Source: the human T2T-CHM13v2.0 reference genome, Homo sapiens. From it: a stretch of DNA of 64,000 nt. This document shows, in pieces, positions 55,865-64,000 of this stretch. Positions within the stretch are counted from its first letter, which is position 1, and every line of letters begins with the position of its first letter. Position numbers and translations under genes: made by a program. The stretch lies in the NCBI RefSeq assembly GCF_009914755.1, contig NC_060934.1, one strand, 5' to 3'. The notes below the pieces were generated by a model. That model did no database searches, was not told the origin of the DNA, and was given only the letters and a program-made list of their open reading frames with translations.

Positions 55865-56826
55865 CGCAGTGCTCCCTCTAGGAATCAAAATGGCACTGAG
55901 GGGAACCTGGAGCAGTCCCAGAGCCTGAGCCACTGACGGGAGAGGAGAGGGCCTTGGCAGCAGCAGTAGGAGGATGGCTGTGGATGCAGGTGCTGGTGTG
56001 GACAGTGGTGCTTCTGGTGGCAGCAGTGGAGGCATGGCCATGGGGGTGATGGTAGTGGTCCTAATAGTGGCAGCAGGAGCAGCAGCAGTGAGAGGAGCCT
56101 CCAGGAAATGGATGAAAAAACACTGGACCCAAGGTTGAAGGTTTGTAAAGACCTCTGGGATTACACTCCGAAGAAACCGCAGATGGAATGCCTCATTGAC
56201 TGAAGAAAATGGGTGTGAGTGCATCTAACTATCCTCATTCATGTTCCCTGAGAATAGGAGGAAATTCACATGTCCACGAGACTTTTATAGAAACATCATT
56301 CTATTCTCAGCAAGGCTATGGTTGTGAATCAAAATTGTATAGCCTCGCCCAAGGCCATGAGAAACCGTGACAGGAGAAAAAAAAAAAGGAATTTCTGGAC
56401 TTGCCACCCTCAAAAAAAAGTTTATTAAATGCTGAAAATCTAATTGATCTGCTGATCAAGAAGAACTGATCAGCCAAGAACTGTTGCAAGAATTGTTTTC
56501 TGTTTGGGATGTTACAGATGTCAATGCATTAGTAGAGGAATATGAGAGAACTTCAGCCTTAAAGGAGTTTTCTCTATAAGTCAATTTGACTAGACCAGAA
56601 GCTGAGACATTGCAGAATAATATGGCTGATCTTTATGTGAAGCTATATGTACTGATATAGACCTGATATTTCATGAAACTTGTTTTACTGTTCATTGTGC
56701 CATTTTTGGCAGCAAGATTTCCATTTTTAAAAACACTGCTTTGTTTCTCACCTAAATGTGGGGCAAAAATAATAATGGACATCAATACAGTTTGTATTAA
56801 TATGCCCATGTTTTCTGCTTTATTAC
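55865..56826 (+). pseudogene. BTBD7: Processed pseudogene of BTBD7 (5'UTR plus N-terminal region into the first BTB domain), disabled
   Basis: From ATG 56209: MGVSASNYPHSCSLRIGGNSHVHETFIETSFYSQQGYGCESKLYSLAQGHEKP*, matching recalled BTBD7 MGANASNYPHSCSPRVGGNSQAQQTFIGTSSYSQQGYGCESKLYSLDHGHEKP. Downstream frames give SGLATLKKKFIK, WDVTDVNALVEEYE and LAARFPFLKTLL..IIMDINT..MPMFSALL. No introns, multiple stops and frameshifts, CpG-decayed GC-rich leader. Confidence 0.95.
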
Positions 56827-58803
56827 TGGAAGAGATTAGGGGCTCATTTTTAACCTCCTTAAAGAAGAAAAAATGCTAGGCAAGAAGTTGCCTTTCCCAG
56901 ACAAACACTAAGGGAATTCATCACCACTAGACCTGTCCTACAAGAAATACTCAAAGGAGTTCTAAACATGGAAATGAGAGGACAATATTCATCATCATTA
57001 TGTACATACAAAGCTCACGGATCTTATAAAGCAATTACACAATCGAAACTCCAAGGCAACTAGCTATCAACACTATGACAGGAACAAAACCTCACATATC
57101 CATATTAACCTTGAATGTAAATGGCCTAAATGCTCCACTTAAAAGATACAGAGTGGCAAATGGGATTAAAAAGTCTCTTACTGACTACAAGAGACCCACC
57201 TACTGGCTAAAGACAGCTATAGACTCAAAGGAGTAGAAAAGATATATCACACAAATGGAAAACAAAAATGAGCAGGAATAGCCATCTTCATGTCAGATAA
57301 GACAGACTTCAAACTAACGATGGTTAAAAAAAAGCAAAGAAGGGCATTATATAATGATTAAAGGTTCAATACAACAAGAAAATTGGATTGTTGTAAATGT
57401 ATATATACCCAACACTGGAGCACCCAGATTCATAAAACAAGTACTACTAGACCTAAGAAAACAGATGATAGCAAAACAATAATAGTGGGGCACTTCAACT
57501 CTTCACTAACATCACTAGACAGATCACTGAGGCAGAAAATCAAAGAAACTCAAGTTAAACTGGACTATAGTCTAAATGGACCAATAGACAATTATAGAAC
57601 ATTTCATCCAACAACTACAGAATTCTACAACTAAGAATGCTTGACCACAAAGCAAGTCTCAATAAATTCAAATATATTGAAATGATAAGAAGGATATTCT
57701 CGGAGAACAGTGGAATAAAATTATAAATTAATACCCGGAACAAATCTCAAAACTACACAAGTACATGTAAACTAAACAATTTGCTCCTGAATGGCCTTTA
57801 GGTAAAAGACAAAATTAAGGAAAAAAAAAAACAAACCATTTGATACAAATAAAAATAGCAATACAACATACCAAAGTCTCTGGAATTTAGCAAAAGCAGT
57901 GGTTAGAGGACGGTTTATAGCATTAAATGTCCACATCATAAAGATTAAAAGATCTCAAATTAACTACCTAATGTTATTCCTCAAGAAACTAGAAAAATAA
58001 GAACAAACCAAATCCAAAACTAGCAGAAGAAAAGGGATAAAAATCAGAGAATAATGAGATTGAGACAAAAAAAATACAAAGGATCAATGAAATAAGAAGT
58101 TTGTTCTTTGAAAGGATAAACAAAACTGACAGACCACAAGCTAGTTTAACCAAGAAAAAAAGAGAAAAGATTCCAAATAAGTACAATCATAAACGATAAA
58201 TGTGACATTACAACTGATACTACAGAAATGCAAAAGACCATCAGACTACTATGAACATCTCTAGCCACACAAAGTAGAAAACCTAGAGGAAATGGATAAA
58301 TCCTGGAAACAAACAACTGCCCAAGATTGAACCAGGAAAAAAAAGAAATCCTGAACAAACCAATAATGATTAATGAAATCAAATCAGTAGTAAAAAAATC
58401 ATCAACAATAACAGCAAAAGCCCAGGACTAGATGGATTCACAGATGAATTTTACCAGATATACAAAGACGAGCTGATGCCAGTGTTACTGAAACCATTCC
58501 AGAAAATCAAGAAGGATGGATTCCTTCCTAACTCATTCTATGAAACCAGTATCAGCTTAGTACCAAAATCAGGGAAGGACATAACAACAACAACAAAAAA
58601 CTAAGGCCAACATCCTTGATAAACATAGCTGCAAAAATTCTCAACAGAATACTAGCAAACTGAATGCAACAGCACATTAAAAAGAGCACAATCAAGTGGG
58701 TTTTACTCCACGCTTGCAAGGATGGTTCAACATATGCAAATTAATAAACATGATTCACTGCATAAACAGAACTAGAAACAAAAATCATATCCCAATAAAT
58801 TCA

Positions 58804-59142
<339 letters not shown>

Positions 59143-61104
59143 AAAAAATCCTCAACAAACTAGGCATCAAAGGAACATACTTCAGAGTAATAAACCCACA
59201 GCCAACATCATACTGATGGGTAAAAGTTGAAAGCATTCTCCCTAAGAATTCAAACAAGACAAGGATGTCCTCTTTGACCACTGCTATTCAACATGGTACA
59301 GAGGTATTGAAAATCTTAGCTAGAGCAATCAGTCAAAAGAAAGAAATAAAAGGCATCCAAATTGGAAAAGAGGAAGTCAAATGATCTCTGTTTGTTGATG
59401 ATATAATTGTATACCTAGAAAACCCTAAAGACTTCCAAAAGATCCCCAAATTTGATAAGCAACTTGAGTAAAGTTGCAGGATATAAAATGAACATAGAAA
59501 AGTCAGTAACATTTCTATACATCAATAACATTCAAGCTGAGAAACAAATTAAGAACTCAGTTTCATTTATGACAGCCATAAAAAATGCAAAACCTAAGAA
59601 TATATTTAACCAACTAGGTAAAAGATCTCCACAAAGAAAACTATGAAACACTAATGAAAGAAATGGTAGATGGCATGAAAAAATGGAAAAACATCCCATA
59701 CTCATGGATTGGGAGAATTAATATTGTTCAAATGACCATACTGTCCAAAGCAATCTACAGACTCACTGTAATACTTATCAAATTACCAGCATTGTTTTCC
59801 ACGGAATTAGAAAAAACAATCCTACAGTTCATATGGAACCAAAAAAGAACCTGAACAGAGAAAGCAATCCTAAGCAATAAGAACAAAACTGGAAGCATCA
59901 AGTTGCCTGACTTCAAATTATACTACAAGCTTATAGTAACTAAAATACAGTATTGGTACAAAAATTGACACATATATCAATGGAACAGAACAGAGAACCT
60001 AGAAATAAAGCTACATACCTACAACCAACTGATCTTGTACCCAGCATTTCTTTATGTGTTTACTGGATGCTTGTGTGTTGTATTTTGAGAAATATCTGTT
60101 CATATCCTTTGTCCAGTTTTTAATGGAGTTGTTTGCTTTTTGTTTGAAAATTTAAGTTTCTTACAGATTCTGGATATTAAACCCTTGTCAGATGCATAGT
60201 TTGCAAATATTTTGTTTACAAAATAAAATACCGAGAAAGGACAAAAAAAAAAAAAAAACAGAAAGGAAACCCTGTTCAATAAATGGTGCTGGGAAAATTG
60301 GCTAGCCAAACGCAAAAGAATGAAACTGGACTCATATCTCTTAGTATATATGAAAATTAAGATGGATAAAAGACTTACATGTATGACCTGAAACTATAAA
60401 AATCATAGAGATAAGCCTAGGAAAAACTCTTCTGGACATTGGCCTAGGCAAAGAATTTATGATGAAGACCCCAAAAGCAAATACAACAAAACAAAAATAT
60501 ACAAACAGGACTTAATTAAATTTCAAAGCTTCTGCACAGCAAAGGAAACAATCAACAGAACAGACAGAATGGTAGAAAATATTTACAAACTATGCATCTG
60601 ACAAGGGTCTAATATCCAGAATGTTTAAGAAACTTAAACAAATTTTCAAGCAAAAAGCAAACTCCATTAAAAACTGGGCAAAGGATATGAATAGATATTT
60701 CTCAAAAGAAGACACACAAGCAGCCAACAAACACGTAAAGAAATGCCCAACATCACTAATCATTAGAAAAAATGCAAATTATAGCCACAATGAGATATCT
60801 TACACCAGTCAGAATGGCTATTATTAAAAAGTCAAAAAACAACAGATGTTGGTGAGGATGTGGAGAAAAGAGAACACTGATACACTATTGGTGGAAATGT
60901 AAATTAGTTTAACCTCTATGGAAAACAGTATGGAGATTTCTCAATGAACTAAAAATAGAACTACTATTCTACCTGGCAATCCTACTACCAGGTGTCTACC
61001 CAAAGGAAAAGAAATCATTGTATCAAAAAGACACCTGCACTTGTATGTTCACCCCAACACTACTCACAATAGTACAGTCATATAACCAACTTAAGTGTCC
61101 ATCA

Positions 61105-61434
<330 letters not shown>

Positions 61435-61470
<36 letters not shown>

Positions 61471-61520
61471 TTATATATATATATTTTTTTATGTATATAT
61501 TTATGTATATATATTTATAT
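61435..61520 (+). repeat. (GT)n followed by TA-rich microsatellite
   Basis: Direct reading. Confidence 0.95.
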
Positions 61521-62478
61521 AATGGAATATTACACAGCCATAAAAAATGAATTAATGACATTTGCAGCAATGTGGATGCAGCTGGAGGCCATTATCCTAA
61601 GTAAACTAACGCAGAAACCGAAAATCAAGTACTGCAAGTTGTCACTTATAAGTGGGAGCTAAACAATAGGTACATATGAACATAAAGATGGAAATAGTAG
61701 ACACTGGAGACTCCGAAGGGAGTGGGGAGAGTTGAAAAAATATCTACTGTGTACTGTGTTCACTATTTGAGTAATGGTTACACCAGAAGCCAAATTGCCA
61801 CCAGTATGGAATGTACCCATGTAAAAAACCTGCACTTGTACCCCCAAATCTACAATAAAATAAAGTTAAAGGAAAACAAAGTACATGTAACTGAAAGGTA
61901 TCAATATTCATTTTAATGTGGGCTTCATGTTCCCAGGAGCAGATGACTCATGGAAAATAATAATTAAAAAACCTTTCCCTCGCTCTCAAAAAAAAAATTA
62001 AAAAAAAAGAAAACACATTTTCCCTTTTGTTACAGAATATAAAGCATAGATTATGTTTTATTAACACTCGTACATATTTTAAGAAACTGCTTGAGCAATA
62101 ACAGCAATCTGAAACCAATTACTTGCAATATTCATTTTGCAAACTATCTTTGTTAAGTGTTCCAAATTCCTACTGTACAAGGTGGTCAGGGCCTCGGTTG
62201 ATAATAGTCCCAGACTTTGCTGTACTATAAGTCCCAAATAAGCATGACTTCTGCAGTGGATAATGCATGGCCAACCCTCATTAACGGTAATAATATGAAT
62301 GACCATAAGTCATTAATTTTGATAAGATGAAATTTGTATCACCTCAAAGATTCAATGGAAGTCACAGAAGACATAGAAGTATTCCAGCTTTGGTTTCTTT
62401 AATGAATAAAAATGTTAACACACTTACAGTCCAGCTGACAACCAGGCACCACAGACCTAAGAAAAAAATCATAAAATA

Positions 62479-63470
62479 TTCAAATTTCAAGCCATAGATA
62501 GGGAGAAAATGCTTGAAAACATACATCTGATAAAGAACTGTGTCTAAAATACATAGAGATCTTTTACAACTCATTAATGAAATGGAAAACAACTCTATTG
62601 AAATGGGAATACAATAACAGAAATTTCCTCAAAAGACTGTATATGAAAGTCTAAGAAGCGCATGAAAAGATGCTCAACATCATAAGTCATTGCAGAAAGG
62701 CATTGTGAATCCATGTTGAGGCACTATTATGCACTCACCAGGAGGGCTAAAATTTTAACAGATGGACAATACCAAGTGTTAACTATGCTTTAGAGCAACT
62801 AGAACTCTCCTACATTGCTGGTGCTTATGGTACAGTAATTGCTTATGGTGTTTGTGGTACAGTTATTGGTACAGTAACCTTGAGAAAGAGTTTGGCAGTT
62901 TTTTTAAATAATGCTAAACATATACATTTGTTACATGATCCAACAATCCTATGTCTATATATTCACCCAAGAGAAATAACAATATATGTCCATAGAAAGA
63001 CTTTACTTAGATGTTCCTTGCAACTTTATTCATTATCATAAAAAACTGGAAAAACTAAAATATCCATTAATAGTTAAATGGATAGACAGATTATCATATA
63101 CCCATACTGTGATATACTATTCAGCAATAAAAAGGGCAAAAAGTTATACATTTAACAACATAGATATCCCTTAATATTCATTATAAATTTAGAAAAAAAT
63201 AGATAAAAAAGACTGTGTACCAAATGATCCCATTTATATGAATGTCTGTAAAAGGCAAAACTATACCAATAGAAAGAAAATCAATGGTTACCCGGGGCCT
63301 GGGTTGGCCTGAGAGAATTGATTCAAATGGGTATGACGGAGCTTCTTGGGGGTGATGGAACTCTTCTGTATCTTGACAATTCATAACTCTAGACACCTTT
63401 AAAAATTCATCAAACTATATACTAAAATTTTGAATTTTAAATAAAGTACCTCAGTATATCCAATCTGAAA
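62479..63470 (+). mobile_element. Old L1M 3' part (right half of the host element at 54720-55857)
   Basis: CAAGCCATAGATAGGGAGAAAAT..CATCTGATAAAGAACT; GAGCAACTAGAACTCTC; AGGCAAAACTATA..TCAATGGTTACC. Confidence 0.88.
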
Positions 63471-64000
63471 TAAATCATTGGCGTTGCCTAAGTGGTGTCT
63501 GGTTTGGGGCCCTCTCTTCACAGTATTACCTTCTGACTCTTCTTTATCTCAGTTTTTCAGGAGAAATGCTGTAGTTTCCTTTCAGCCCTTGGCTTAAGTT
63601 TATGGAGACCTTCATGGTTTGTAGAATAAATTATTTAGAAGCATAAGTACCTGGGGGATGTGGGTGGTGAGTTCAGAAGTGTAAGAACAAAGACAGGAGT
63701 ACATTTAAGAATATTCTTATATTTTATTTTAAATGTTTATTAAAATCCAATAATAATTGCACACTAAAGAATATATCAGTGACATTTTATATATCCTGAA
63801 TGGTTAATGAATTTCCCTTCATTATCATTTGCTTAATAGGAACATATCAAGATCCTCTTCTCTTATAGTTTGACAAGATATTTGCAAAATTATCTTGCTT
63901 TGTTGCAGAAAACATTCATGTTATGTGATTTTTAGGAGTCTAGTTCTTCATGTGGTTGTGCATTTCTATAGGATCTTATGATTTGGAGGCATTAATTCCT

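Noticed and set aside
55703-56224. Longest ORF (173 aa, minus strand), Ala/Pro/Thr-rich
   Set aside because: Antisense reading of the GC-rich BTBD7 pseudogene leader running into L1; no recognisable protein.
55865-56826. Assigning a specific pseudogene name (BTBD7P1 or BTBD7P2) and chromosome position
   Set aside because: Cannot be determined from the sequence without a genome search.

Overview
Primate (most likely human or great ape) non-coding genomic DNA dominated by interspersed repeats: Alu, L1, L2, MIR, MaLR/ERVL LTRs and MER DNA transposons. I find no intact protein-coding gene, RNA gene or CRISPR array. The ORF track is essentially all spurious, coming from repeats, low-complexity or antisense sequence. 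The one gene-derived segment is a degraded processed pseudogene of BTBD7 (about 55865-56826; 5'UTR plus the N-terminal ~200 codons). It is joined directly to a 5-kb L1PB-type element and nested inside an older L1M. The most interesting signals are retrotransposition mechanics readable from the sequence: the BTBD7/L1 composite, two apparent L1 3' transductions, an internal inverted duplication in an L1, and an L1-in-L1 insertion with target-templated inverted filler. Also notable are a near-complete MLT1 provirus, re-use of one insertion site by two Alus, a probable Alu-associated deletion, and a palindromic AT-rich minisatellite. Repeat family and subfamily names come from recalled consensus features, not from an alignment run; boundaries are approximate unless a TSD is quoted. 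I see no evidence for a novel gene system.
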